64,000 nt of DNA from Eledone cirrhosa (GCA_964016885.1 OZ024743.1:141484001-141548000); one strand, 5' to 3'. Shown: positions 48,801-62,200, numbered from the stretch's first letter. Numbers and translations are program-made. The notes: generated by a model from the letters alone, not told the origin.

Positions 48801-51800
48801 TGGTGCTTGGTGCTTTGTGTTTGGTGCTTGGTGTTTGGTGCTTGGTGCTTGGTGCTTGGTTCTTGGTGTTAGTTGTTTGGTGCTTGGTGATTGGTGTTTG
48901 ATGTTAGGTTCTTGGTGCTTGGTGTTTGGTGCTTGCTGCTTGGTGCTTGGTGTTTTGTGTTTGGAGTTTGGTGCTTGGTGTTTGGTGCTTCGGTCTTGGT
49001 GTTTGGTGTTTGGTGCTTGGTGCCTGGGGCTTGTTGTTTGGTGTTTGGTGCTTAGTGCTTGGTGTTTGGTGTTTGGTGCTTGGTGCTTGGTGGCTGGTGC
49101 TTGGTGCTTGGTGTTTGCAGTTTGGTGCTTGGTGCTTGGTGCCTGGTGTTTCGTGCTTGGTGCTTGGTGCTTGGTGTTTGGTGTTTGGTGCTTGGTGTTT
49201 GGTGTTTGGTACTTGGTGCTTGGTGCTTGGTGTTTGGTGCTTGGTGTTTGATGCTTGGTGCTTGGTGCTTGGTGCTTGGTGTCAGGTGTTTGGTGCTTGG
49301 TGCTTGGTGTTTGATGTTTGGTCCTTGGTGCTTGTTGTTTGGTGTTTGGTGCTTCGTGCTTGGTGTTTGGTGTTTGGTGCTTGCTGCTTGCTGCTTGGTG
49401 TTTGGTGCTTGGTGATTGGTGCTTGGTGTTTTGTGCTTGGTGCTTGGTGTTTGGTGTTTGCTGCTAGGGGCTTGGTGCTTGATGCTTGGTGTTTGGTGCT
49501 TGGTGCTTGCTGTTTGGTGTTTGGTGCTTGGTGCGTGGGACTTAGTGTTTGGTGTTTGGTGCTTGGTGTTTGGTGCTTGGTGTTTGGTGCTTGGTGCTTG
49601 GTGTTTGGTGTTTGGTGCTTGGTGCTTGGGGCTTGGTCTTTGGTGCTTAGTGTTTGGTGCTTGGTGTTTGGTGCTTGGTGCTTGGTGCTTGGTGTTTGGT
49701 GTTTGGTGTTTGGTGCTTGGTGTTTGGTGCTTGTTGCTTGGTGCTGGGTGGTTGGTGTTTGGTGTTTGGTGCTTGGTGCTTGGTGCTTATTGTTTGGTGC
49801 TTGGTGCTTGGTGCTTGGTGCTTGGTCTTTGGTGCTTGGTGTTTGGTGTTTGGTGCTTGGTGCCTGGTGTTTGGCGCTTGGTGCTTGGTGCTTGGTGTTT
49901 GGTGCTTGGTGTTTGGTGCTTGGTGATTAGTGTTTGGTGCTTGGTGCTTGGTGCCTGGTACTTGGTGCTTGGTGCTTGATGTTTGGTGCTTGGTGATTAG
50001 TGTTTGGTGCTTGGTGCTTTGGGTTTGGTGTTTGGTGCTTGGGGTTTGGTGTTTGGTGCTTGGTGCTTGGTGTTTGGTGCTTGGTGCTTGGTGTTTGGTG
50101 CTTGGTGCTTTGTGTTTGGTGCTTGGTGTTTGGTGCTTGGTGCTTGGTGCTTGGTGCTTGGTGTTAGGTGTTTGGTGCTTGATGATTGGTGTTTGATGTT
50201 AGGTTCTTGGTGCTTGGTGTTTGGTGCTTGGTGCTTGGTGCTTGGTGTTTGGTGTTTGGTGCTTGCTGCTTGGTGCTTGGTGTTTTGTGTTTGGATTTTG
50301 GTGCTTGGTGTTTGGTGCTTCGGTCTTGGTGTTTGGTGTTTGGTGCTTGGTGCTTGGTGTTTGGTGTTTGGTGATTGGTGCTTGGTGTTTGGTGCTTGGT
50401 GCTTGGTGCTTGGTGCTTGGTGTTAGGCGTTTGGTGCTTGGTGCTTGGTGTTTGATGTTTGGTCCATTGTGCTTGGTGTTTGGTATTTTGTGCTTGGTGC
50501 TTGGTGTTTGGTGTTTGGTGCTTGGTGCTTGGTGTTTGGTGTTTGGTGCTTGCTGCTTGCTGCTTGGTGTTTGGTGCTAGGGGCTTGGTGCTTGGTGTTT
50601 CGTGTTTGGTGCTTGGTGCTTGGTGTTTGGTGTTTGGTGCTTGGTGCGTGGGACTTGGTCTTTGGTGCTTGGTGTTTGGTGCTTGGTGTTTGGTGCTTGG
50701 TGCCGGGTGCTTAGTGTTTGGTGTTTGGTGCTTGGTGTTTGGTGCTTGTTGTTTGGTGCTTGGTGTTCGGTGCTTGGTGCTTGGTGCTTGGTGCTTGGTG
50801 TTTGGTGTTTGGTGCTTGGTGATTGGTGTTTGATGTTTGGTCCTTGGTGCTTGGTGTTTGGTGTTGTGTGCTTGGTGATTGCTGCTTGGTGTTTGGTGCT
50901 TGGTGATTGGTGCTTGGTGTTTGGTGCTTGGTGGTTGGTGCTTGGTGTTTGCTGTTTGGTGCTAGGTGCTTGGTGCTTGGTGTTTGGTGCTTGGTGCTTG
51001 GTGTTTGGTGTTTGATGCTTGGTGCTTGGGGCTTGGTGTTTGGTGCTTGCTGCTTGGTGTTTGGTGCTTGCTGCTTGGTGTTTGTTGTTTGGTGTTTGGT
51101 GCTTGGTGTTTGGTGCTTGGTGCTTGGTGCTGGGTGGTTGATGTTTGGTGCTTGGTGCTTGGTGTTTGGTGCTTGGTGCTTGGTGCTTAGTGTTTGGTGC
51201 TTGGTGCTTGGTGCTTGGTGCTTGGTCTTTGGTGCTTGGTGTTTGGTGTTTGGTGTTTGGTGTTTGTGCTTGGTGCTTGGTGCTTGGTGCTAGGTGCTTA
51301 ACGCTTGGTGTTTGGTGCTTGGTGCTTGGTGCTTGGTGATTAGTGTTTGGTGATTGGTGCTTGGGGTTTGGTGTTTTGTGTTTGCTGTTTGGTGTATGCG
51401 GTTTGGTGTCTGCTTTTTGGTGTTTGGTGTTTGCTGTATGGTGTTTGCTGTTTTGTGTTTCGTGTTTGCTGTTTGGTGTTTGGTGCTTGGTGCTTGGTGC
51501 TTGGTGTTTGGTGCTTGGTGCTTGGTGCTTGGTGTTTGGCGTTTGCTGGTTGCTGTTTGGTGTTTGGTGTTTGCTGTTTGGTGTTTGCTGTTTGGTGTTT
51601 GGTGCTTGGTGCTTGGTGGCTGGTGTTCGGCGCTTGGTGTTTGGATTTTGGTCCTTGGTGCTTGGTGCTTGGTGTTTGGTGTTTGGTATTTGGTGCTTGG
51701 TGCTTGGTGCTTGGTGTTTGGTGGTTGGTGCTTGGTGCTTGGTGTTTAATGCTGCGTGCTTGGTGTTTGGTGTTTGGTGCTTGGTGCTTGGTGTTTGGTG

Positions 51801-52262
51801 ATTGGAGCTTGGTGCCTGGTGCTTGTTGTTTGGTGCCTGGTGCTTGTTGTTTGGTGTTTGGTGCTTGGTGCTTGGTGTTTGGTGCTTGGTGCTTGGTGCT
51901 TGATGTTTGGTGCTTGGTGCTTGGTGTTTGGTGCTTGGTGCTTGGTGCTTGGTGCTTGGTGTTAGGTGTTTGGTGCTTGGTGCTTGGTGTTTGATGTTTG
52001 GTCCTTGGTGCTTGGTGTTTGGTGTTTGGTGCTTGGTGCTTGGTGTTAGGTGTTTTGTATTTGGAGTTTGGTGCTTGGTGTTTGGTGCTTCGGGCTTGGT
52101 GCTTGGTGTTTGGTGCTTGGTGCTTGGTGTTTGGTGCTTGGTGCCTGGTGCTTGGTGTTTGGTGCTTGGTGCTTGGTGTTTGGTGATTGGTGCTTGGTGT
52201 TTGGTGCTTGGTGCTTGGTGCCTGGTGCTTGGTGTTAGGTGTTTGGTGCTTGGTGCTTGGTG
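42850..52262 (+). repeat. 4.7-kb head-to-tail duplication (~42850-47595 and ~47580-52262)
   Basis: ORF pairs 43071/47774, 43222/47925, 44223/48926 and 45301/50004 (offset 4703), then 45784/50445, 46682/51343 and 47246/51907 (offset 4661). Shared rare markers TTAACGC, TCAGGTG and TTGCAGT. Confidence 0.92.
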
Positions 52263-52494
52263 TTTGATGTTTGGTCCTTGGTGCTTGGTGTTTGGTGTTT
52301 GGTGCTTGGTGTTTGGTGTTTGGTGTTTGGTGCTTGGTGCTTGGTGTTTGGTGCTTGCTGCCTGCTGCATGGGTTTTGGTGCTTGGTGATTGGTGCTTGG
52401 TGTTTTGCGCTTGGTGCTTGGTGTTTGGTGTTTGGTGTTTGGTGCTTGGTGCTTGGTGCTTGGTGCTTGGTGTTTGGTGCTGCGTGCTTGGTGT

Positions 52495-52935
52495 TTGGTG
52501 TCTGGAGTTTGGTGCTTGGTGCTTGGTGCCTGGTGTTTCGTGCTTGGTGCTTGGGGCTTGGTGTTTGGTGTTTGGTGCTTGGTGTTTGGTGCTTGGTGCC
52601 TGGTGCTTGGTGTTTGGTGCTTGGAGCTTGGTGTTTGGTGATTGGTGCTTGGTGTTTGGTGATTGGTGCTTGATGCTTGGTTCTTGGCGTTAGGTGTTTG
52701 GTGCTTGGTGCTTGGTGTCTGGAGTTTGGTGCTTGGTGCTTGGTGCCTGGTGTTTCGTGCTTGGTGCTTGGGGCTTGGTGTTTGGTGTTTGGTGCTTGGT
52801 GTTTGGTGCTTGGTGCCTGGTGCTTGGTGTTTGGTGCTTGGAGCTTGGTGTTTGGTGATTGGTGCTTGGTGTTTGGTGATTGGTGCTTGATGCTTGGTTC
52901 TTGGCGTTAGGTGTTTGGTGCTTGGTGCTTGGTGT
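52495..52935 (+). repeat. 217-bp (31-unit) local tandem duplication
   Basis: CTGGAGT marker at 52502 and 52719. ORF ends at 52673/52890 and 52693/52910. The homologous region at ~40290-40490 has a single copy. Confidence 0.85.
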
Positions 52936-53289
52936 TTGATGTTTGGTCCTTGGTGCTTGGTGTTTGGTGTTTGGTGCTTGGTGCTTGTTGTTTGGTGTTT
53001 GGTGCTTGCTGCTTGCTGCTTGGTGTTTGGTGCTTGGTGTTTTGTGCTTGATGCTTGGTGTTTGTTGTTTGGTGCTAGGGGCTTAGTGCTTGGTGCTTGG
53101 TGTTTGGTGCTTGGTGCTTGCTGTTTGGTGTTTGGTGCTTGGTGCGTGGGACTTAGTGTTTGGTGTTTGGTGCTTGGTGTTTGGTGCTTGGTGTTTGGGG
53201 CTTGGTGTTCGGTGCTTGGTGCCTGGTGCTTGGGGCTTGGTGTTTGGTGTTTGGTGCTTGGTGCTTGGTGTTTGGTGCTTGGTGCTTGC

Positions 53290-56200
53290 TGTTTGGTGTT
53301 TGGTGCTTGGTGCGTGGGACTTAGTGTTTGGTGTTTGGTGTTTGGTGTTTGGTGCTTGGTGTTTGGTGCTTGGTGCTTGGTGTTTGGTGTTTGGTGCTTA
53401 GTGCTTGGGGCTTGGTGTTTGGTGCTTGGTGTTTGGTGTTTGGTGCTTGCTGCTTGGTGTTTGGCGCTTGGTGCTTGGTGCTTGGTGTTTGGTGCTTGGT
53501 GCTTGGTGCTTGGTGCTTGGTGATTAGTGTTTGGTGCTTGGTGCTTGGTGCCTGGTGCTTGGTGCTTGGTGCTTGTTGTTTGGTGCTTGGTGTTTGGTGC
53601 TTGGTGTTTGGTGCTTGGTGCTTGGTGCTTGGTGTTTGATGTTGGGTCCTTGGTGCTTGGTGCTTGGTGTTTGGTGCTTGGTGTTTGGTGCTTGGTGCTT
53701 GATGTTTGGTGTTTGGTTCTTGGTGCTTGGTGTTTGGTGTTTGGTGTTTGGTGCTTGGTGCTTGGTGCTTGGTGTTTGGTGCTTGGTGCATGGTGCTTGG
53801 TGCTGCGTGCTTGGTGTTTGGTGTTTGGTGCTTGGTGCCTGGTGCTTGTTGTTTGGTGTTTGGTGCTTAATGCTTGGTGTTTGGTGTTTGGTGCTTGGTG
53901 CTTGGTGGCTGGTGTTTGGTGCTTGGTGTTTGGAGTTTGCTGCTTGGTGCTTGGTGCCTGGTGTTTCGTGCTTGGTGCTTGGTGCTTGGTGTTTCGTGTT
54001 TGGTGCTTGGTGTTTGGTGCTTGGTGCTTGGTGCTTGGTGCTTGGTGTTTGGTGCTTGGTGTTTGATGCTGCGTGCTTGGTGTTTGGTGTTTGGTGCTTG
54101 GTGCTTGGTGTTTGGTGTTTGGAGCTTGGTGCCTGGTGCTTGTTGTTTGGTGTTTGGTGCTTGGTGCTTGGTGATTGGTTTTTGGTGCTTGGTGCTTAGT
54201 GCTTGGTATCTGGTGTTTGGTGCTTGATGTTTGTTGTTTGGTGCTTGCTGCTTGGCGCTTGGTGTTTGGTGTTTGGTGCTTGGTGCTTGGTGTTTGGTGC
54301 TTGGTGTTTGTTGTTTTGTGTTTGGTGTTTGGTGTTTGGTACCTGGTGCTTGGTGCTTGGTGCTTGTTGTTTGGTGCTTGGTGCTTGGTGATTAGTGTTT
54401 GGTGTTTGGTGCTTGGGGTTTGGTGTTTGCTGCTTGGTGCTTGGTGTTTGGTGCTTTGTGCTTGGTGCTTGGTGTTTGGTGCTTGGTGCTTGGAGTTTGG
54501 TGCTTGGTGCTTGGTGTTTGGTGTTTGGCATTTGCTGTTTGCTGTTTGCTTTTTGGTGTTTGCTGTTTGCTGTTTGCTGTTTGGTGTTTGCTGTTTGGTG
54601 CTTGATGTTTGGTGCTTGGTGCTTGGCGTTTGGTGTTTGGTGTTTGGTGCTTGGTGCTTGGTGTTTGGTGCTTGGTGCTTGGTGCTGGGTGTTTGGTGCT
54701 TGGTGCTTGGTGTTTGGTGCTTGGTGCTTGTTGCTTGGTGTTTGGTCCTTGGTGCTTGGTGCTTGGGTTTTGGTGTTTGGTGCTTGCTGTTTGGTGCTTG
54801 CTCTTTGGTGCTTGGTGCTTGGTGATTCGTGTTTGGTGATTGGTGCTTGGGATTTGGTGTTTGGTGCTTGGTGTTTGGTGCTTGGTGCTTGCTGTTTGGT
54901 GTTTGGTGTTTGGTTTTGGTGCTTGGTGTTTGATGTTTGGTGTTTGGTGCTTGGTGCTTGGTGTTTGGTGCTGCGTGCTTGGTGTTTGGTGTTTGGTGCT
55001 TGGTGCCTGGTGCTTGTTGTTTGGTGTTTGGTGCTTAGTGCTTGGTGTTTGGTGTTTGGTGCTTGGTGGCTGGTGCTTGGTGCTTGGTGTTTCGTGCTTG
55101 GGGCTTGGTGCTTGGTGTTTGGTGTTTGGTGCTTGGTGTTTGGTGTTTGGTACTTGGTGCTTGGTGCTTGGTGCTTGGTGTTTGGTGCTTGGTGTTTGAT
55201 GCTGCGTGCTTGATGTTTGGTGTTTGGTGCTTGGTACTTGGTGCTTGGTGTTTGGTGTTTGGTGCTTGGTGCTTGGTGTTTGGTGCTTGGTGTTTGGTGT
55301 TTGGTGTTTGATGCTTGGTGTTTGCTGCTTGGTGCTTGGTGCTTGGTGTTTTGTGTTTGGTGCTTGGTACTTGGTGATTAGTGTTTGGTGCTTGGTGCTT
55401 GCGGTTTGGTGTTTGGTGCTTGGGGTTTGGTGTTTGGTGCTTGGTGCTTGCTGCTTGGTGCTTGGTGTTTGGTGCTTGGTGCTTGGTGTTTGGTGTTTGG
55501 TGCTTGGGGTTTGGTGTTTGGTGCTTGGTGCTTGGAGTTTGGTGCTTGGTGCTTGGTGTTTGGAGTTTGGTGCTTGGTGCTTGGTGCCTGGTGCTTGTTG
55601 TTTGGTGTTTGGTGCTTAGTGGTTGGTGTTTGGTGTTTGGTGCTTGGTGCTTGGTGGCTGGTGTTTGGTGCTTGGTGTTTGGAGTTTGGTGTTTGGTGCT
55701 TGGTGCCTGGTGTTTCGTGCTTGGTGCTTGGTGCTTGGTGTCTGGTGTTTGGTGCTTGGTGTTTGGTGTTTGGTACTTGGTGCTTGGTGCTTGGTGCTTG
55801 GTGCTTGGTGTTTGGTGCTTGGTGTTTGATGCTGCGTGCTTGGTGTTTGGTGTTTGGTGCTTGGTGCTTGGTGTTTGGTATTTGGAGCTTGGTGCCTGGT
55901 GCTTGTTGTTTGGTGTTTTGTGCTTGGTGCTTGGTGTTTGGTGTTTGGCGTTTGGTGCTTGGTGCTTGGTATCTGGTTTTTGGTGCTTGATGTTTGGTGT
56001 TTGGTGCTTGGTGCTTGGTGCTTGGTGTTTGGTGTTTGGTGCTTGGTGCTTGGTGTTTGGTGCTTGGTGTTTGGTGTTTCGTGTTTGATGCTTGGTGTTT
56101 GCTGCTTGGTGCTTGGTGCTTGGTGTTTTGTGTTTGGTGCTTGGTGCTTGGTGCCTGCTGCTTGGTGCTTGGTGCTTGTTGTTTGGTGCTTGGTGCTTGG

Positions 56201-59200
56201 TGATTAGTGTTTGGTGCTTGGTGCTTGGTGCTTGGTGTTTGGTGCTTGGTGCTTGGTGTTTGGTGCTTGGTGCTTGGTGTTTGGTGTTTGGCGTTTGCTG
56301 TTTGCTGTTTGGTGTTTGGTGTTTGCTGTTTGGTGTTTGCTGTTTGGTGTTTGGTGTTTGGTGCTTGCTGTTTGGTGCTTGGTGCTTGGTGTTTGGTGTT
56401 TGGTGTTTGGTGCTTGGTGCTTGGTGTTTGGTGCTTGGTGCTTGGTGCTGGGTGTTTGGTGCTTGGTGCTTGGTGTTTGGTGCTTGGTGCTTGGTGCCTG
56501 GTGTTTGGTCCTTGGTGCTTGGTGCTTGGTGCTTGGTGCTTGCTGTTTGGTGTTTGGTGTTTGGTTCTTGGTGCTTGGTGTTTGGTGTTTGGTGTTTGGT
56601 GCTTGGTGCTTGGTGCTTGGTGTTTGGTGCTTGGTGCTTGGTGATTAGTGTTTGGTGATTGGTGCTTGGGGTTTGGTGTTTGGTGCTTGGTGTTTGGTGC
56701 TTGGTGCTTGCTGTTTGGTGTTTGGTGTTTGGTTCTTGGTGCTTGGTGTTTGGTGTTTGGTGTTTGGTGCTTGGTGCTTGGTGCTTGGTGTTTGGTGCTT
56801 GGTGCTTGGTGCTTGGTGTTTGGTGCTGCGTGCTTGGTGTTTGGTGTTTGGTGCTTGGTGCCTGGGGCTTGTTGTTTGGTGTTTGGTGCTTAGTGCTTGG
56901 TGTTTGGTGTTTGGTGCTTGGTGCTTGGTGGCTGGTGCTTGGTGCTTGGTGTTTGGAGTTTGGTGCTTGGTGCTTGGTGCCTGGTGTTTCGTGCTTGGTG
57001 CTTGGTGCTTGGTGTTTGGTGTTTGGTGTTTGGTGTTTGGTGTTTGGTACTTGGTGCTTGGTGCTTGGTGTTTGGTGCTTGGTGTTTGGTGATTGGTGCT
57101 TGGTGCTTGGTGCTTGGTGCTTGGTGTTAGGTGTTTGGTCCTTGGTGCTTGTTGTTTGGTGTTTTGTGCTTGGTGCTTGGCGTTTGGTGTTTGGCGCTAG
57201 GGGCTTGGTGCTTGATGCTTGGTGTTTGGTGCTTGGTGCTTGCTGTTTGGTGTTTGGTGCTTGGTGCGTGGGACTTAGTGTTTGGTGTTTGGTGTTTGGT
57301 GTTTGGTGCTTGGTGTTTGGTGCTTGGTGCTTGGTGTTTGGTGTTTGGTCCTTAGTGCTTGGGGCTTGGTGTTTGGTGCTTGGTGTTTGGTGTTTGGTGC
57401 TTGGTGCTTGGTGTTTGGCGCTTGGTGCTTGGTGCTTGGTGTTTGGTGCTTGGTGCTTGGTGCTTGGTGCTTGGTGATTAGTGTTTGGTGCTTGGTGCTT
57501 GGTGCCTGGTGCTTGGTGCTTGGTGCTTGTTGTTTGGTGCTTGGTGTTTGGTGCTTGGTGTTTGGTGCTTGGTGCTTGGTGCTTGGTGTTTGATGTTGGG
57601 TCCTTGGTGCTTGGTGCTTGGTGTTTGGTGCTTGGTGTTTGGTGCTTGGTGCTTGATGTTTGGTGTTTGGTTCTTGGTGCTTGGTGTTTGGTGTTTGGTG
57701 TTTGGTGCTTGGTGCTTGGTGCTTGGTGTTTGGTGCTTGGTGCATGGTGCTTGGTGCTGCGTGCTTGGTGTTTGGTGTTTGGTGCTTGGTGCCTGGTGCT
57801 TGTTGTTTGGTGTTTGGTGCTTAATGCTTGGTGTTTGGTGTTTGGTGCTTGGTGCTTGGTGGCTGGTGTTTGGTGCTTGGTGTTTGGAGTTTGCTGCTTG
57901 GTGCTTGGTGCCTGGTGTTTCGTGCTTGGTGCTTGGTGCTTGGTGTTTCGTGTTTGGTGCTTGGTGTTTGGTGCTTGGTGCTTGGTGCTTGGTGCTTGGT
58001 GTTTGGTGCTTGGTGTTTGATGCTGCGTGCTTGGTGTTTGGTGTTTGGTGCTTGGTGCTTGGTGTTTGGTGTTTGGAGCTTGGTGCCTGGTGCTTGTTGT
58101 TTGGTGTTTGGTGCTTGGTGCTTGGTGATTGGTTTTTGGTGCTTGGTGCTTAGTGCTTGGTATCTGGTGTTTGGTGCTTGATGTTTGGTGTTTGGTGCTT
58201 GCTGCTTGGCGCTTGGTGTTTGGTGTTTGGTGCTTGGTGCTTGGTGTTTGGTGCTTGGTGTTTGTTGTTTTGTGTTTGGTGTTTGGTGTTTGGTACCTGG
58301 TGCTTGGTGCTTGGTGCTTGTTGTTTGGTGCTTGGTGCTTGGTGATTAGTGTTTGGTGCTTGGTGCTTGCGGTTTGGTGTTTGGTGCTTGGGGTTTGGTG
58401 TTTGCTGCTTGGTGCTTGGTGTTTGGTGCTTTGTGCTTGGTGCTTGGTGTTTGGTGCTTGGTGCTTGGAGTTTGGTGCTTGGTGCTTGGTGTTTGGTGTT
58501 TGGCATTTGCTGTTTGCTGTTTGCTTTTTGGTGTTTGCTGTTTGCTGTTTGCTGTTTGGTGTTTGCTGTTTGGTGCTTGATGTTTGGTGCTTGGTGCTTG
58601 GCGTTTGGTGTTTGGTGTTTGGTGCTTGGTGCTTGGTGCTTGGTGATTCGTGTTTGGTGATTGGTGCTTGGGATTTGGTGTTTGGTGCTTGGTGTTTGGT
58701 GCTTGGTGCTTGCTGTTTGGTGTTTGGTGTTTGGTTTTGGTGCTTGGTGTTTGATGTTTGGTGTTTGGTGCTTGGTGCTTGGTGTTTGGTGCTGCGTGCT
58801 TGGTGTTTGGTGTTTGGTGCTTGGTGCCTGGTGCTTGTTGTTTGGTGTTTGGTGCTTAGTGCTTGGTGTTTGGTGTTTGGTGCTTGGTGGCTGGTGCTTG
58901 GTGCTTGGTGTTTCGTGCTTGGGGCTTGGTGCTTGGTGTTTGGTGTTTGGTGCTTGGTGTTTGGTGTTTGGTACTTGGTGCTTGGTGCTTGGTGCTTGGT
59001 GTTTGGTGCTTGGTGTTTGATGCTGCGTGCTTGATGTTTGGTGTTTGGTGCTTGGTACTTGGTGCTTGGTGTTTGGTGTTTGGTGCTTGGTGCTTGGTGT
59101 TTGGTGCTTGGTGTTTGGTGTTTGGTGTTTGATGCTTGGTGTTTGCTGCTTGGTGCTTGGTGCTTGGTGTTTTGTGTTTGGTGCTTGGTACTTGGTGATT

Positions 59201-62200
59201 AGTGTTTGGTGCTTGGTGCTTGCGGTTTGGTGTTTGGTGCTTGGGGTTTGGTGTTTGGTGCTTGGTGCTTGCTGCTTGGTGCTTGGTGTTTGGTGCTTGG
59301 TGCTTGGTGTTTGGTGTTTGGTGCTTGGGGTTTGGTGTTTGGTGCTTGGTGCTTGGAGTTTGGTGCTTGGTGCTTGGTGTTTGGAGTTTGGTGCTTGGTG
59401 ATTGGTGCCTGGTGCTTGTTGTTTGGTGTTTGGTGCTTAGTGGTTGGTGTTTGGTGTTTGGTGCTTGGTGCTTGGTGGCTGGTGTTTGGTGCTTGGTGTT
59501 TGGAGTTTGGTGTTTGGTGCTTGGTGCCTGGTGTTTCGTGCTTGGTGCTTGGTGCTTGGTGTCTGGTGTTTGGTGCTTGGTGTTTGGTGTTTGGTGCTTG
59601 GTGCTTGGAGTTTGGTGCTTGGTGCTTGGTGTTTGGAGTTTGGTGCTTGGTGCTTGGTGCCTGGTGCTTGTTGTTTGGTGTTTGGTGCTTAGTGGTTGGT
59701 GTTTGGTGTTTGGTGCTTGGTGCTTGGTGGCTGGTGTTTGGTGCTTGGTGTTTGGAGTTTGGTGTTTGGTGCTTGGTGCCTGGTGTTTCGTGCTTGGTGC
59801 TTGGTGCTTGGTGTCTGGTGTTTGGTGCTTGGTGTTTGGTGTTTGGTACTTGGTGCTTGGTGCTTGGTGCTTGGTGCTTGGTGTTTGGTGCTTGGTGTTT
59901 GATGCTGCGTGCTTGGTGTTTGGTGTTTGGTGCTTGGTGCTTGGTGTTTGGTATTTGGAGCTTGGTGCCTGGTGCTTGTTGTTTGGTGTTTTGTGCTTGG
60001 TGCTTGGTGTTTGGTGTTTGGCGTTTGGTGCTTGGTGCTTGGTATCTGGTTTTTGGTGCTTGATGTTTGGTGTTTGGTGCTTGGTGCTTGGTGCTTGGTG
60101 TTTGGTGTTTGGTGCTTGGTGCTTGGTGTTTGGTGCTTGGTGTTTGGTGTTTCGTGTTTGATGCTTGGTGTTTGCTGCTTGGTGCTTGGTGCTTGGTGTT
60201 TTGTGTTTGGTGCTTGGTGCTTGGTGCCTGCTGCTTGGTGCTTGGTGCTTGTTGTTTGGTGCTTGGTGCTTGGTGATTAGTGTTTGGTGCTTGGTGCTTG
60301 GTGCTTGGTGTTTGGTGCTTGGTGCTTGGTGTTTGGTGCTTGGTGCTTGGTGTTTGGTGTTTGGCGTTTGCTGTTTGCTGTTTGGTGTTTGGTGTTTGCT
60401 GTTTGGTGTTTGCTGTTTGGTGTTTGGTGTTTGGTGCTTGCTGTTTGGTGCTTGGTGCTTGGTGTTTGGTGTTTGGTGTTTGGTGCTTGGTGCTTGGTGT
60501 TTGGTGCTTGGTGCTTGGTGCTGGGTGTTTGGTGCTTGGTGCTTGGTGTTTGGTGCTTGGTGCTTGGTGCCTGGTGTTTGGTCCTTGGTGCTTGGTGCTT
60601 GGTGCTTGGTGCTTGCTGTTTGGTGTTTGGTGTTTGGTTCTTGGTGCTTGGTGTTTGGTGTTTGGTGTTTGGTGCTTGGTGCTTGGTGCTTGGTGTTTGG
60701 TGCTTGGTGCTTGGTGATTAGTGTTTGGTGATTGGTGCTTGGGGTTTGGTGTTTGGTGCTTGGTGTTTGGTGCTTGGTGCTTGCTGTTTGGTGTTTGGTG
60801 TTTGGTTCTTGGTGCTTGGTGTTTGGTGTTTGGTGTTTGGTGCTTGGTGCTTGGTGCTTGGTGTTTGGTGCTTGGTGCTTGGTGCTTGGTGTTTGGTGCT
60901 GCGTGCTTGGTGTTTGGTGTTTGGTGCTTGGTGCCTGGGGCTTGTTGTTTGGTGTTTGGTGCTTAGTGCTTGGTGTTTGGTGTTTGGTGCTTGGTGCTTG
61001 GTGGCTGGTGCTTGGTGCTTGGTGTTTGGAGTTTGGTGCTTGGTGCTTGGTGCCTGGTGTTTCGTGCTTGGTGCTTGGTGCTTGGTGTTTGGTGTTTGGT
61101 GTTTGGTGTTTGGTGTTTGGTACTTGGTGCTTGGTGCTTGGTGTTTGGTGCTTGGTGTTTGGTGATTGGTGCTTGGTGCTTGGTGCTTGGTGCTTGGTGT
61201 TAGGTGTTTGGTCCTTGGTGCTTGTTGTTTGGTGTTTTGTGCTTGGTGCTTGGCGTTTGGTGTTTGGCGCTAGGGGCTTGGTGCTTGATGCTTGGTGTTT
61301 GGTGCTTGGTGCTTGCTGTTTGGTGTTTGGTGCTTGGTGCGTGGGACTTAGTGTTTGGTGTTTGGTGTTTGGTGTTTGGTGCTTGGTGTTTGGTGCTTGG
61401 TGCTTGGTGTTTGGTGTTTGGTCCTTAGTGCTTGGGGCTTGGTGTTTGGTGCTTGGTGTTTGGTGTTTGGTGCTTGGTGCTTGGTGTTTGGCGCTTGGTG
61501 CTTGGTGCTTGGTGTTTGGTGCTTGGTGCTTGGTGCTTGGTGCTTGGTGATTAGTGTTTGGTGCTTGGTGCTTGGTGCCTGGTGCTTGGTGCTTGGTGCT
61601 TGTTGTTTGGTGCTTGGTGTTTGGTGCTTGGTGTTTGGTGCTTGGTGCTTGGTGCTTGGTGTTTGATGTTGGGTCCTTGGTGCTTGGTGCTTGGTGTTTG
61701 GTGCTTGGTGTTTGGTGCTTGGTGCTTGATGTTTGGTGTTTGGTTCTTGGTGCTTGGTGTTTGGTGTTTGGTGTTTGGTGCTTGGTGCTTGGTGCTTGGT
61801 GTTTGGTGCTTGGTGCATGGTGCTTGGTGCTGCGTGCTTGGTGTTTGGTGTTTGGTGCTTGGTGCCTGGTGCTTGTTGTTTGGTGTTTGGTGCTTAATGC
61901 TTGGTGTTTGGTGTTTGGTGCTTGGTGCTTGGTGGCTGGTGTTTGGTGCTTGGTGTTTGGAGTTTGCTGCTTGGTGCTTGGTGCCTGGTGTTTCGTGCTT
62001 GGTGCTTGGTGCTTGGTGTTTCGTGTTTGGTGCTTGGTGTTTGGTGCTTGGTGCTTGGTGCTTGGTGCTTGGTGTTTGGTGCTTGGTGTTTGATGCTGCG
62101 TGCTTGGTGTTTGGTGTTTGGTGCTTGGTGCTTGGTGTTTGGTGTTTGGAGCTTGGTGCCTGGTGCTTGTTGTTTGGTGTTTGGTGCTTGGTGCTTGGTG

